Origin: Oceanihabitans sp.
GTDB lineage: Bacteria; Bacteroidota; Bacteroidia; Flavobacteriales; Flavobacteriaceae
Direction of reading: 5' to 3'
Assembly: GCA_049614585.1 (NCBI GenBank)
Contig: JBMZDY010000001.1
Coordinates: forward strand, 1 to 58,727
Length of the DNA stretch: 58,727 nucleotides
Below are positions 29,058 to 39,284 of this stretch, piece after piece. The translations under genes and the position numbers were made by a program. The notes below the pieces were generated by a model, which did not search any database, was not told the origin of the DNA, and saw only the letters and a program-made list of their open reading frames with translations. Within the stretch, counting starts at the first letter, position 1; each line of letters begins with the position of its first letter.

Positions 29058-29779
29058 TGCAAGCTTCTACAAAAGCGTTAGTATTATCTACTTTAAAATA
29101 TAGTGACAGCGACCTTATAGTAAAATGTTATACCCAAGAATTTGGCGTTTTAAGCTTTATATTAAAAGGGATTTTAAAACGAAAAAAAGGGAAAATAAAA
29201 ACAGCATATTTTCAATTATTAGCACAATTACAACTTGAAATTGTTTATAAAAAAAACCGCTCTCTTCATAATATTGCCGATGTAAAACTAAATTACCAAT
29301 ACGCTAATTTGCAAACCAACGTGCAAAAAACAGCAGTGCTTATGTTTTTGGCCGAAACTTTAAGTAATGCACTGCAAGAAGAAGAAAAAAACGAATTCTT
29401 GTTTTCCTATATAGAAACAACAATGCAATGGTTAGACCAGCAAAATCAATATGCTAACTTTCATTTATTGTTTTTGCTTAAAATAACTAAATTCTTAGGT
29501 TTTTATCCAGAAACCAAAAATATGCAGTTTTCATATTTTAATTTACAGTCTGGTAATTTTGAAAATTTATCGAATACAATCTATAGTGTTTCGGGGCAAA
29601 ATTTAACACTCTTAAAACAGTTACTAGGCATAAATTTTGATGCACTTTCTACAATTAAAATAAATGCCAAGCAACGACACTCTTTTTTAAGTATGTTATT
29701 GTTATATTTTGAACTACATTTGGGGTCTTTTAAAAAGCCGAAATCGTTAGAAGTATTTACACAAGTTTTTAACACTTAA
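29057..29779 (+). CDS. recO: DNA repair protein RecO
   Basis: KYSDSDLIVKCYTQEFG OB-fold start, LGFYP, C-terminal KSLEV; TAATG overlap with porZ. Confidence 0.9.
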   Translation: MQASTKALVLSTLKYSDSDLIVKCYTQEFGVLSFILKGILKRKKGKIKTAYFQLLAQLQLEIVYKKNRSLHNIADVKLNYQYANLQTNVQKTAVLMFLAETLSNALQEEEKNEFLFSYIETTMQWLDQQNQYANFHLLFLLKITKFLGFYPETKNMQFSYFNLQSGNFENLSNTIYSVSGQNLTLLKQLLGINFDALSTIKINAKQRHSFLSMLLLYFELHLGSFKKPKSLEVFTQVFNT

Positions 29780-29780
29780 G

Positions 29781-32192
29781 ATGAAACAATTTTTAGTATC
29801 TATTATATTTATATTTTGTAGCTATGCCACTTATGCACAGCAAATAACAGTAATAAACAAAGTAACAGGAAATACTATTTCTGGAGTTGCATTATATAAC
29901 CAAAATAAAACCATAAGCAGCACAACTAGTGTCGATGGAGAAGCTAATGTCTCTAACTTTAAGCCCAACGAGCGTATCTATTTTCAGCACCTTTCCTTTA
30001 AAACAAACTCTGTAATTAAATCGCAAATAAAAAAGGATGGAGTTATAATGTTATCTCCAAAAGCTCAAGATTTAGACGAGGTAATTATATCTGCCTCCAA
30101 ATTCAAACAAAGCAAAAGAGATATCCCTCAAAAAATTGTCAATTTTAGTGCAAAAAACATTCAATTAAATAATCCGCAAACAAGTGCAGATTTGTTAGAG
30201 CAAACGGGACAAGTATATGTTCAAAAAAGCCAACTAGGCGGAGGTAGCCCAATGATAAGAGGTTTTTCTACAAACCGATTACTTATTTCGGTGGATGGCG
30301 TACGTATGAATAACGCCATTTTTAGAGGTGGTAATGTACAGAATGTTATAGCAATAGACCCTTTTTCAATTCAAAACACCGAAGTAACTCTAGGTGCTGG
30401 ATCTGTTATTTATGGAAGCGATGCTATTGGAGGTGTTATGAGTTTTTACACAAAAAAACCGCAACTATCTTATACCGATTCTTTGCAATTTAAAGCAAAT
30501 TCTACGTTGCGATATGCTAGTGCTAGTAACGAAAAAACAGGTCAAGTAGACCTTAATTTTGGTTTTAAAAAATGGGGTTTTTATAGCAATGCTAGTTACA
30601 CTTCTTTTGGCGATTTAAGAATGGGAATGCATGGACCAAAAGAATATTTAAGACCAGAATATGCTGGAGTTAATAACGGGGAAGACGTAGTAATTACAAA
30701 TAATAACCCTAGAGTTCAAAAACACACAGGTTATAACCAATTAAACCTTTTGCAAAAAGTTCGCTTTGAACCTAACGACGACTTAAGTTTCGACTTAGGA
30801 TTGTATTATTCTAAAACATCAGATTACCCTAGATACGATAGACTTATACGATATAGAAATGGCACACTTCGGTCTGCACAATGGTACTATGGACCACAAA
30901 AGTGGTTTATGTCTAATTTTGGATTAACAAAATTAAGTAGTCGATCTAATTTATACGACAAAATAAAATTAACTACTGCTTATCAAAACTTTCAAGAAAG
31001 TAGAGTAGATAGAAATTTTAATAGCCCCAATCAAAGAAATAGAGAAGAAAAAGTAGACGCATATTCTATTAATATTGATATGGAAAAAGAACTAAGTGCT
31101 AAAACAGAATTTTTCTATGGTGCAGAGTATATTTTTAACCAAGTATATTCAAAAGCGTTTATAAAAAATATTGACACACAAGAAAGAACTGCATCTATTA
31201 CCAGATACCCAAATAAATCTAATTGGCAATCTGCTGCTGTATATTCTAGTTTAAAATATAAACCTGTTAGTAATTTTGTGTTTCAAACCGGTTTACGATA
31301 TAATTATGTAAGTTATTCTGCTAGTTTTAAAGAAAACAACGAATTTTTAAACTTACCATTTAACAGTACAAAAAATAGCTTTGGCGCATTAACAGGAACT
31401 GCAGGATTAAGTTGGTCGCCAAGTAGTTTTATGCAATGGAAATTAAATGCGTCTACAGCGTTTAGAGCGCCAAATATAGACGATATAGGAAAGGTTTTCG
31501 ATAGCGAACCAGGAGCTGTTGTTGTGCCAAACCAAAATTTAAAACCAGAATATGCTTATGGTGGAGAGCTAGGCTTAAAGTTAGATTTTGATAATAAAGT
31601 GGTGTTAGATATGGCTACCTATTACACCTATTTAGATAATGCTTTGGTACGACGCGATTATACTATTAATGGGGAAAGTGAAATTTTATACGATGGCGAA
31701 TTAAGTCAAGTTCAAGCAATACAAAACGCATCGAAAGCATGGATTTATGGTTTTGAAATTGGACTGCGAATTAATTTTACAAAAGCCTTACAATTCACCA
31801 CACAATACAATATTATTGGCGGAACAGAAGAAGAAGATAATATAGAGGTTCCTGTTAGGCATATTGCACCAAATTTTGGAAACACGCATCTTGTATGGAA
31901 ACATAAAAAATTAACTTTAGATGCTTTTGCCGTTTATAATAACGAGCTCTCTAATAAGCAATTAGCACCTTCCGAAAAAGGAAAAGATTATATCTATGCA
32001 TTAGACCATAATGGTAAGCCTTATGCACCTTCTTGGTACACTTTAAATATAAGAGGTCAATACCAATTATTTAACAGTTGGAGTATTAGTGCAAGCCTAG
32101 AAAACCTTACCGACCAACGTTATAAAACCTATTCGTCTGGAATTGCAGCAGCTGGAAGAAACTTAATAGTAGCTGTAAAATATAGCCTTTAG
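29781..32192 (+). CDS. TonB-dependent receptor
   Basis: Signal peptide, N-terminal extension, LDEVIISAS, plug (SPMIRG, GSVIYGSDAIGGV), FRAP...NQNLKPE, ENLTD, C-terminal VKYSL. Confidence 0.93.
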   Translation: MKQFLVSIIFIFCSYATYAQQITVINKVTGNTISGVALYNQNKTISSTTSVDGEANVSNFKPNERIYFQHLSFKTNSVIKSQIKKDGVIMLSPKAQDLDEVIISASKFKQSKRDIPQKIVNFSAKNIQLNNPQTSADLLEQTGQVYVQKSQLGGGSPMIRGFSTNRLLISVDGVRMNNAIFRGGNVQNVIAIDPFSIQNTEVTLGAGSVIYGSDAIGGVMSFYTKKPQLSYTDSLQFKANSTLRYASASNEKTGQVDLNFGFKKWGFYSNASYTSFGDLRMGMHGPKEYLRPEYAGVNNGEDVVITNNNPRVQKHTGYNQLNLLQKVRFEPNDDLSFDLGLYYSKTSDYPRYDRLIRYRNGTLRSAQWYYGPQKWFMSNFGLTKLSSRSNLYDKIKLTTAYQNFQESRVDRNFNSPNQRNREEKVDAYSINIDMEKELSAKTEFFYGAEYIFNQVYSKAFIKNIDTQERTASITRYPNKSNWQSAAVYSSLKYKPVSNFVFQTGLRYNYVSYSASFKENNEFLNLPFNSTKNSFGALTGTAGLSWSPSSFMQWKLNASTAFRAPNIDDIGKVFDSEPGAVVVPNQNLKPEYAYGGELGLKLDFDNKVVLDMATYYTYLDNALVRRDYTINGESEILYDGELSQVQAIQNASKAWIYGFEIGLRINFTKALQFTTQYNIIGGTEEEDNIEVPVRHIAPNFGNTHLVWKHKKLTLDAFAVYNNELSNKQLAPSEKGKDYIYALDHNGKPYAPSWYTLNIRGQYQLFNSWSISASLENLTDQRYKTYSSGIAAAGRNLIVAVKYSL

Positions 32193-32243
32193 GAATAAAT
32201 TTAAATGCCACGAGTTTACATATATTTTGCGTTGTAGTATTTG

Positions 32244-32251
32244 TATATTTG
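32244..32251 (+). promoter_or_regulatory. -7 promoter element ahead of the hypothetical-bioF-bioD-bioA unit
   Basis: TATATTTG ending 4 nt before the ATG at 32256. Confidence 0.6.
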
Positions 32252-32255
32252 AATA

Positions 32256-32804
32256 ATGAATAATAACCTTCTTGTAGTATCTGAAACTAAAAAGCCCTTT
32301 TGGAAATTAATTTTAGCAGCTCTATGTTTTACAGCTATTTTCGGAATTATTTTAGCTTCGGTATTATATAATTTTTTTATACTTAATAGTTTTAAATCTA
32401 TTGCAAACCTTACAGAAATATTAATTTATTTAGCTGCTATTGGTATTGGTTTAAGCTCGCACAAAAAGGTATATATTAATTTAAAACAATCTAAATTTAG
32501 ACCTACAATAGAAGTAGGACCTATAAAAGTAGGGAAATGGGTAACCATTAAAAACTACGAATATGTATCGGTATTTCATCAATTACTAGTAAATGGTAGT
32601 TATGTGTTTGAAGTTAACTTATGGTATAACAATAACAAACATTTTAAGCTTTACGAAAAAAATAGTTTTAATGAAGCAATGGCACTTGGTTACGAAATTT
32701 CCGAAGAGTTAAATATAGAATTATTAGATGCAACTGTACCCAATAATTACACTTGGGTAGATAAAGAAGAATTGAAGGAAAAACATAAAAATCATGCTTC
32801 CTAA
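32256..32804 (+). CDS. Hypothetical membrane protein (2 TM helices plus a soluble, possibly PH-like domain)
   Basis: Two hydrophobic segments followed by a beta-rich domain; overlaps the bioF start by 11 nt. Confidence 0.7.
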   Translation: MNNNLLVVSETKKPFWKLILAALCFTAIFGIILASVLYNFFILNSFKSIANLTEILIYLAAIGIGLSSHKKVYINLKQSKFRPTIEVGPIKVGKWVTIKNYEYVSVFHQLLVNGSYVFEVNLWYNNNKHFKLYEKNSFNEAMALGYEISEELNIELLDATVPNNYTWVDKEELKEKHKNHAS

Positions 32805-33948
32805 AAAACTGCAACAAAAAATAGAATATCGAAAAGAACAGAACACTTTTCGCGAATTAGGAGTGCCAAATAACCTCATCGATTTTTCATCAAACGATTA
32901 TTTAGGGCTTTCAAAAAACGAAACTATTTTTAATGCAGCACATCAATTTCTTATAGCAAATAAAATCAAAGAAAACGGTGCTACTGGATCTAGACTATTA
33001 ACCGGAAACCATAAACTTTATCAATTAGTAGAACAGCAATTGTGTGCATTTCATAATAGCGAAGCAGCATTGGTTTATAATTCTGGTTTCATGGCAAATC
33101 TTGGTTTTTTTGCAAGCATACCACAACGAGGAGATGTTATTATTTACGATACTTATTGCCATGCTTCTATTCGCGACGGAATAAAACTAGCAAATGCAAA
33201 ATCGTATAAATTTAAGCATAACGATTTAGAAGATTTAAACCTCCAATTGCAGCGATTTGCTTCTAGCTTAGAAAAGGAAGCCGTTATATATGTAGTTACA
33301 GAATCTGTTTTTTCTATGGATGGCGATTCGCCAAAACTAAAAGAGCTAGTAGCATTAACCCAAAAACACCAAGCTCATTTAATTGTAGACGAAGCACATG
33401 CTGTTGGAGTAAAGGGATTAAATGGAGCTGGAATTATTTCAGAATTACAATTAGAGAATAAAATATTTGCAAGAATAATAACCTTTGGTAAAGCAATGGG
33501 TTGCCACGGAGCAGCAATTTTAGGAAGTAAAAAACTAAAAGCATTTTTAATTAATTTTTCGCGACCATTTATTTACACAACAGCCTTGCCACCTCATGCA
33601 TTAGCAACTATTAATTGTGTCTATACAGAGCTTAATAATCCTACAAAAGATACGATACATACTTTACACAAAAACATCCTTTTTTTTAAAGCAGAACTTA
33701 TTAAACTAAAACTGCAAGAGTATTTTATAGAAAGTGATGCAGCAATACAATGTTGCGTAATTCCAGGCAATAAAAATGTAAAAACAATAGCAAACAAATT
33801 ACAACAAAACGGTTTTAACGTTAAACCTATTTTATCGCCAACAGTGCCAGAAGGAGAAGAACGCCTACGTTTTTGTATACATAGTTATAATACCGAAAAA
33901 GAAATAACAAAAGTATTACAATTGTTAACTACTTTTGTTAAACTATAA
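32794..33948 (+). CDS. bioF: 8-amino-7-oxononanoate synthase
   Basis: FSSNDYLGL, GSRLLTG, HASIRDG, ESVFSMDGD, DEAHA and TFGKAMG (PLP Lys). Confidence 0.95.
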   Translation: MLPKKLQQKIEYRKEQNTFRELGVPNNLIDFSSNDYLGLSKNETIFNAAHQFLIANKIKENGATGSRLLTGNHKLYQLVEQQLCAFHNSEAALVYNSGFMANLGFFASIPQRGDVIIYDTYCHASIRDGIKLANAKSYKFKHNDLEDLNLQLQRFASSLEKEAVIYVVTESVFSMDGDSPKLKELVALTQKHQAHLIVDEAHAVGVKGLNGAGIISELQLENKIFARIITFGKAMGCHGAAILGSKKLKAFLINFSRPFIYTTALPPHALATINCVYTELNNPTKDTIHTLHKNILFFKAELIKLKLQEYFIESDAAIQCCVIPGNKNVKTIANKLQQNGFNVKPILSPTVPEGEERLRFCIHSYNTEKEITKVLQLLTTFVKL

Positions 33949-33982
33949 CAAAGGAATATTTTTAACTATTAAATAAAATTAT

Positions 33983-34591
33983 TTGAAAACCTATTACATA
34001 ACAGGAACCTCTACCGAAGTTGGTAAAACTATAGCTTCAGCAATTATTGTTGAAGCATTACAAGCAGATTATTGGAAACCTATACAAGCTGGGGAATTAG
34101 AAAATTGCGACACAAAAAAAGTTAAAAAATTAATAAGCAATAACAAATCGCAATTTTACGATAATAGCTATGCTTTAAAAACTCCTATGAGTCCGCATGC
34201 AGCTGCCGAAATAGAAAACATTACCATAGATTTAAAAAAAATACAAAGACCCAAAACAAAAAACCATTTGGTTATAGAAGGAGCAGGAGGGCTTTTAGTA
34301 CCACTAAATAATAAAAACACAATACTAGATTTAATTAAACCAGAATACCATGTAGTGGTGGTTTCTAGGCATTATTTAGGAAGCATTAATCACACATTGC
34401 TAACGGTAAATTTTCTAAAAGAAAAAGGCTTTAAGGTAAGTATTATTTTTAGTGGTAAAGAACATAAAACTACAGAGCAAATTATAGTAAAAATGACAAA
34501 AGTGCCTGTAATTGGAAGAATAGAAGAAGAACCTTTTATAGATAAAAATGTAGTAAAAGAATATGCCGAAATTTTCAAAAATAATTTATGA
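33983..34591 (+). CDS. bioD: Dethiobiotin synthase
   Basis: TTG start; GTSTEVGKT, WKPIQAG, SPHAAA, IEGAGG and LGSINHT motifs. Confidence 0.96.
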   Translation: MKTYYITGTSTEVGKTIASAIIVEALQADYWKPIQAGELENCDTKKVKKLISNNKSQFYDNSYALKTPMSPHAAAEIENITIDLKKIQRPKTKNHLVIEGAGGLLVPLNNKNTILDLIKPEYHVVVVSRHYLGSINHTLLTVNFLKEKGFKVSIIFSGKEHKTTEQIIVKMTKVPVIGRIEEEPFIDKNVVKEYAEIFKNNL

Positions 34592-35853
34592 ATCTCCAAG
34601 AACGCGATAAAAAACACCTTTGGCATCCATTAACACAACACCAATTGCACCCAAATCACTTAGCAATTGTAAAAGCAAAAGACGCATTATTGTTTGATGA
34701 AAATGGAAAAGAATATATAGACGGGATTGCCTCTTGGTACACCTGTATGTACGGGCATAGTAATGCCTATATTACAAAACAAGTAGCCAAGCAAATGCAA
34801 AAGCTAGACCATGTAGTTTTTGCAGGTTTTACGCATGAACCAGCTATTCAACTTTCCGAGAAATTAATAGAAATACTACCTAGTGAGCAAGAAAAAATAT
34901 TCTTTAGCGATAATGGTTCCACAAGTGTGGACGTAGCAATAAAAATGGCATTACAATACCATTTTAATACTGGTAAAAAACGCAGTAAAATTATAGCTCT
35001 TGAAGATGGCTTTCACGGCGATACTTTTGGAGCAATGAGCGTTTCTGGCTTGTCTGTTTATAATGGGCCATTCGAAGATTTTTTTATAGATGTAGCAAGA
35101 ATTGCAGTACCTACAAAAGCGAATTTTAGTTTAGTAAAAGAACAATTTATTAATTTATTAAAAACCGAAAATGTAGCAGCTTTTATTTACGAACCCTTAG
35201 TACAAGGAGCCGCAGCAATGAAAATGTATGATGCTGCCTTGTTAAACGAGTTACTTACTATTGCAAAACAACATCAAGTTTTAACCATAGCAGACGAGGT
35301 TATGACAGGTTTTGGTAAAACCGGAAAAAACTTTGCATCTTCTTATTTAGAAACCCAACCAGATATAATTTGTTTGGCAAAATCGCTAACCGCAGGAATT
35401 GCACCAATGGCAATTACTAGTTGTACCCAAAAAGTGTACAATGCATTTTTAAGCGACGAACTAGGGAAAGGTTTTTTTCATGGGCATACCTATTCGGCAA
35501 ATCCAATTGCATGTTCCGCAGCTTTAGCAGGAATAGAGCTGTTGCAATCTAAAGAATTTCAAGATAATATAAGTAGAATTACAAAAGCCCACCAAGCATT
35601 TAATACGCATATAAAAAACCACCCTAAAGTTTTGCAAACAAGGCAATTAGGTGTTATTTATGCCCTAGATCTAAATGTAAAAATGGAACGCTATGGCGAT
35701 TTGCGTTATAAATTGTTTCATTTTTTTATGGAAAATGGCGTTTGCTTGCGCCCTTTAGGAAATACCATATATATTTTAGCACCTTATGTAATTACTAATA
35801 AACAATTAGAAAAAGTATATCAAGTAATTGAAGATGCACTAGAAATGCTATAA
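34588..35853 (+). CDS. bioA: Adenosylmethionine-8-amino-7-oxononanoate aminotransferase
   Basis: LWHPLTQ, SDNGSTSVDVAIKMA, FHGDTFGAMS, ADEVMTGFG and HGHTYSANP motifs. Confidence 0.96.
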   Translation: MNLQERDKKHLWHPLTQHQLHPNHLAIVKAKDALLFDENGKEYIDGIASWYTCMYGHSNAYITKQVAKQMQKLDHVVFAGFTHEPAIQLSEKLIEILPSEQEKIFFSDNGSTSVDVAIKMALQYHFNTGKKRSKIIALEDGFHGDTFGAMSVSGLSVYNGPFEDFFIDVARIAVPTKANFSLVKEQFINLLKTENVAAFIYEPLVQGAAAMKMYDAALLNELLTIAKQHQVLTIADEVMTGFGKTGKNFASSYLETQPDIICLAKSLTAGIAPMAITSCTQKVYNAFLSDELGKGFFHGHTYSANPIACSAALAGIELLQSKEFQDNISRITKAHQAFNTHIKNHPKVLQTRQLGVIYALDLNVKMERYGDLRYKLFHFFMENGVCLRPLGNTIYILAPYVITNKQLEKVYQVIEDALEML

Positions 35854-35858
35854 ATTTG
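35851..35858 (+). promoter_or_regulatory. Possible internal -7 promoter for the ketosynthase, overlapping the bioA stop codon
   Basis: TAAATTTG followed by CA; its TAA is the bioA stop. Confidence 0.45.
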
Positions 35859-35918
35859 CAATTCAAAAAAACCAAACTAAATATTTAAAAGTGAGGTTGC
35901 TATTTCTGTAAAATATAA

Positions 35919-37061
35919 ATGAAACAAATAATCTCTATAACTGCTATCCAATCTATTTCTGCACTAGGGAATTCTGCTGAAGAAATATGGAATAACTATA
36001 AAAACGAGCAACCTTATTTTGTAACCAGAGCAGATAGTTTGGTAGCCAAACTAAATACAGAAACAGAAAAAGAAATTGAAAATTTAAGAGCATCTAATTC
36101 AAAATACAAAGCATTAGATAATTCTGTTTTATATGCTATTTATACCTCTAGAAAAGCAATAGAAAAAGCCAATTGGAAAGCATCAAGTAATTTTGGAATA
36201 AACATTGGTTCATCAAGAGGAGCTACAAAACTATTCGAAAAATTTCATCAAGATTTTTTAAATAGAAAAAAAACAGAACCCTTAAGTTCTCCAACAACAA
36301 CTCTTGGTAACATATCTTCTTGGGTTGCACACGATTTACAAACAAAAGGGCCAGAAATAAGTCACTCCATAACCTGCTCTACCGCATTACACGCAATGTT
36401 AAACGGAATTGCTTGGATAAACTCAGGAATGGCAGACACCTTTTTGGTTGGTGGTAGCGAATCGCCATTAACCCCATTTACCATCGCGCAAATGCAAGCC
36501 TTAAAAATATATACAAAAGGTATAACCAATAAATATCCTTGTCGTGCATTAGATTTAGAAAAAACCAAGAATACTATGGTTTTAGGCGAAGGGGCAGCAA
36601 TGGCTTGTTTAGAAAGTGGCGAAAAAAACAATGCACTTGCAAAAATAGTTGGCATAGGTTACGCAACCGAAGTATTAGAGCACAATGCATCTTTATCTAC
36701 AAATGCTGTGTGTTTTCAGCATGCCATGCAAATGGCAATTGGCGATTTAAACGTAGAGGAAATAGATGTAATTGTAACCCATACTCCAGGAACAGTAAAA
36801 GGAGATATTGCAGAGTATAATGCTATTAAAAAAGTGTTTAATAACAACATTCCAACATTAACTACAAACAAGTGGAAACTTGGGCATACCTTTGGTGCGT
36901 CTGGTATGTTAAATGTAGAAATGGCTGTATTAATGCTTCAAAAAAACGAATTTATTCCTATTCCATATATAGATAGTAAAAAACCAAAACGCATTAAAAA
37001 CATTCTAGTAAATGCTGTTGGTTTTGGGGGGAATGCGGTTTCTATTCTTCTTACAAAATAG
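35919..37061 (+). CDS. FabF/FabB-type beta-ketoacyl synthase embedded in the biotin locus
   Basis: SITCSTA (Cys), VTHTPGT (His), KLGHTFGASG (His), LGEGAA and NAVGFGGN. Confidence 0.88.
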   Translation: MKQIISITAIQSISALGNSAEEIWNNYKNEQPYFVTRADSLVAKLNTETEKEIENLRASNSKYKALDNSVLYAIYTSRKAIEKANWKASSNFGINIGSSRGATKLFEKFHQDFLNRKKTEPLSSPTTTLGNISSWVAHDLQTKGPEISHSITCSTALHAMLNGIAWINSGMADTFLVGGSESPLTPFTIAQMQALKIYTKGITNKYPCRALDLEKTKNTMVLGEGAAMACLESGEKNNALAKIVGIGYATEVLEHNASLSTNAVCFQHAMQMAIGDLNVEEIDVIVTHTPGTVKGDIAEYNAIKKVFNNNIPTLTTNKWKLGHTFGASGMLNVEMAVLMLQKNEFIPIPYIDSKKPKRIKNILVNAVGFGGNAVSILLTK

Positions 37062-37087
37062 TTATATTTACCATAAATTACAGCATT

Positions 37088-38056
37088 ATGAAAAGCCCAA
37101 TACATTTATTTGGTATACTATTTTTGTTATTATCTGCAACACTATTTGCACAGCAGGATCCAGAAATATTTAACAAGTTCGAATCGAAATTTTATACTAT
37201 AGATGGTTATAAAATTAATGTTGAGGTTTTAGGCCAAGGCGATCCAATATTCTTTCTGCCAGGAGGTCCAGGAAACTCACACGATTATATGCAAGGTAAT
37301 TTTGGACAGTATTACAAAACCAATACAGTTGTGTTTTTCGATTGGCTTGGAAGAGGGAAAAGTGATAATGCGAAAACCGCTTCCGAGTACTCTGTAGAAG
37401 CAGATGTCGAGCTTATAGAGAAACTAAGAAAACTATTAAAGTTCCATAAAATTTCTTTAGTTGGGCATTCTTACGGCACAGTACCTGCACAAGCCTACGC
37501 AATTAAATATAAAAACAATGTCGATAAAATGGTACTTATAAATGGATTTCATTCTGGCGCTATGTGGCAAGCAAATTGCGATAGTTACAACCATTATGCA
37601 AAAACGCATTTCCCCGAAAAATGGAAACAGGTAGATTCCCTTCGAAAATTAGGATATTTGTCTAGTCAGGAGCCATTAAAAACGGTTTATGGCAACTTTC
37701 CTACCAAGTATATATATTACCACAACACCAAACTAAAGCAAAATTCGCCAAAAGAAAAATATAGAGGTTGGGCTGGAGATGTATATACTACAATTATAGG
37801 AAAAGACGGCGATTTTGATGTGTCGGGAAGTATGATAAATCAAGATTATAGACAACAACTAAAAAATATAAATGCTAAAACTTTAATTGTTGCTGGTAGG
37901 TACGATGGTGTCTCTACTCCAGAATTTGCAGTGCAATACCAAAAATTTATGCCACAAGCACAGTTTGAAATGTTTGAGCAAAGTGGTCATAATCCATATT
38001 TAGAAGAGCCAGAAAAATTTTATAGGCTTTTTGATGCTTTTTTCAACATTAAATAA
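37088..38056 (+). CDS. Secreted alpha/beta hydrolase (proline iminopeptidase/S33-like)
   Basis: Signal peptide (...SATLFA-QQD); PGGPG, GHSYG (Ser), GRYDG (Asp) and SGHNP (His). Confidence 0.85.
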   Translation: MKSPIHLFGILFLLLSATLFAQQDPEIFNKFESKFYTIDGYKINVEVLGQGDPIFFLPGGPGNSHDYMQGNFGQYYKTNTVVFFDWLGRGKSDNAKTASEYSVEADVELIEKLRKLLKFHKISLVGHSYGTVPAQAYAIKYKNNVDKMVLINGFHSGAMWQANCDSYNHYAKTHFPEKWKQVDSLRKLGYLSSQEPLKTVYGNFPTKYIYYHNTKLKQNSPKEKYRGWAGDVYTTIIGKDGDFDVSGSMINQDYRQQLKNINAKTLIVAGRYDGVSTPEFAVQYQKFMPQAQFEMFEQSGHNPYLEEPEKFYRLFDAFFNIK

Positions 38057-38088
38057 GTTATTTTTGAATAAATTTTGAAACGATTTTT

Positions 38089-39183
38089 ATGAGCGAGATA
38101 AAACACAATTGGACAAAAGAAGAAATTCTTGATATATACAACAAACCATTAATGGAGTTGCTTTACCAAGCAGCAACAGTACATCGTTTACACCACGACC
38201 CAAACACCGTACAGGTTAGTACTTTACTATCTATAAAAACAGGTGGTTGTCCAGAAGATTGTGGTTATTGCCCACAAGCAGCAAGATATCATACCAATGT
38301 AGAAGGTAACGACTTAATGAGTGTGCAACAAGTAAAAGCACAAGCATTACGTGCAAAAGCCTCTGGAAGCTCACGCGTTTGTATGGGCGCTGCATGGCGA
38401 AATGTAAAAGACGGAGAAGAATTTGATGATGTACTAGAAATGGTACGTACTATAAACAAGCTCGATATGGAAGTTTGTTGTACACTTGGCATGATTACCG
38501 AAAACCAAGCACAACGTTTAGCAGAAGCAGGTTTATATGCTTACAACCATAATTTAGACTCCTCTGAAGAATACTATAAAGAAGTAATATCTACTAGAGG
38601 TTACGAAGACAGATTACAAACCATAGATAATGTACGCAAAACAAACGTAACCGTTTGCAGTGGTGGTATTATAGGAATGGGCGAAAAAATAGAAGACAGA
38701 GCAGGAATGCTTGTAGCACTTTCTACATTAAACCCGCAACCAGAATCGGTACCAATTAATGCATTAGTAGCTGTAGAAGGAACACCACTAGAAGAGCAAG
38801 AACCAGTTTCTATTTGGGAAATGATTAGAATGGTAGCAACAACTAGAATAATTATGCCAGAAACACAAGTGCGATTAAGTGCTGGTCGTAGAGATATGAG
38901 TCGCGAAGGACAAGCCATGTGTTTCTTTGCAGGAGCAAACTCTATTTTTGCAGGAGATAAACTTTTAACAACTCCAAATCCAGATGTAAATGAGGATATG
39001 GAAATGTTTAAAATGCTAGGTTTAAACCCACAAAAACCATTCATTAAAAAAATGCAACCAGAAACCATTGAGGCAGCAGATTCTAAATTTGAAGCTTTAG
39101 GTGAAAAACCAAAATGGACAAGACCAGAACATAAAATAGATCGTAACGAAGAAGCGAAACAAAAAGCGAAAGTGCTTAAATAA
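38089..39183 (+). CDS. bioB: Biotin synthase
   Basis: CPEDCGYC radical SAM motif, YNHNLD, CSGGIIGMGE, ESVPIN and GANSIFAGDKLLT. Confidence 0.98.
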   Translation: MSEIKHNWTKEEILDIYNKPLMELLYQAATVHRLHHDPNTVQVSTLLSIKTGGCPEDCGYCPQAARYHTNVEGNDLMSVQQVKAQALRAKASGSSRVCMGAAWRNVKDGEEFDDVLEMVRTINKLDMEVCCTLGMITENQAQRLAEAGLYAYNHNLDSSEEYYKEVISTRGYEDRLQTIDNVRKTNVTVCSGGIIGMGEKIEDRAGMLVALSTLNPQPESVPINALVAVEGTPLEEQEPVSIWEMIRMVATTRIIMPETQVRLSAGRRDMSREGQAMCFFAGANSIFAGDKLLTTPNPDVNEDMEMFKMLGLNPQKPFIKKMQPETIEAADSKFEALGEKPKWTRPEHKIDRNEEAKQKAKVLK

Positions 39184-39284
39184 GTTAGCACTTTAGCATT
39201 TATTTAAAAGTAAAACTTACGTGTTTAAACTATTTTTACTGTAACTACGTTTTATTAATTTGGTACTTAAAAATAAAGTTAATA

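Noticed and set aside
37088-38056. Calling the hydrolase bioH
   Set aside because: The signal peptide, S33-like motifs and absence of bioC in the window do not fit BioH
38601-39191. 196-aa antisense ORF over bioB
   Set aside because: It is an antisense shadow of a conserved gene in mirror frame, with no motif or plausible start context
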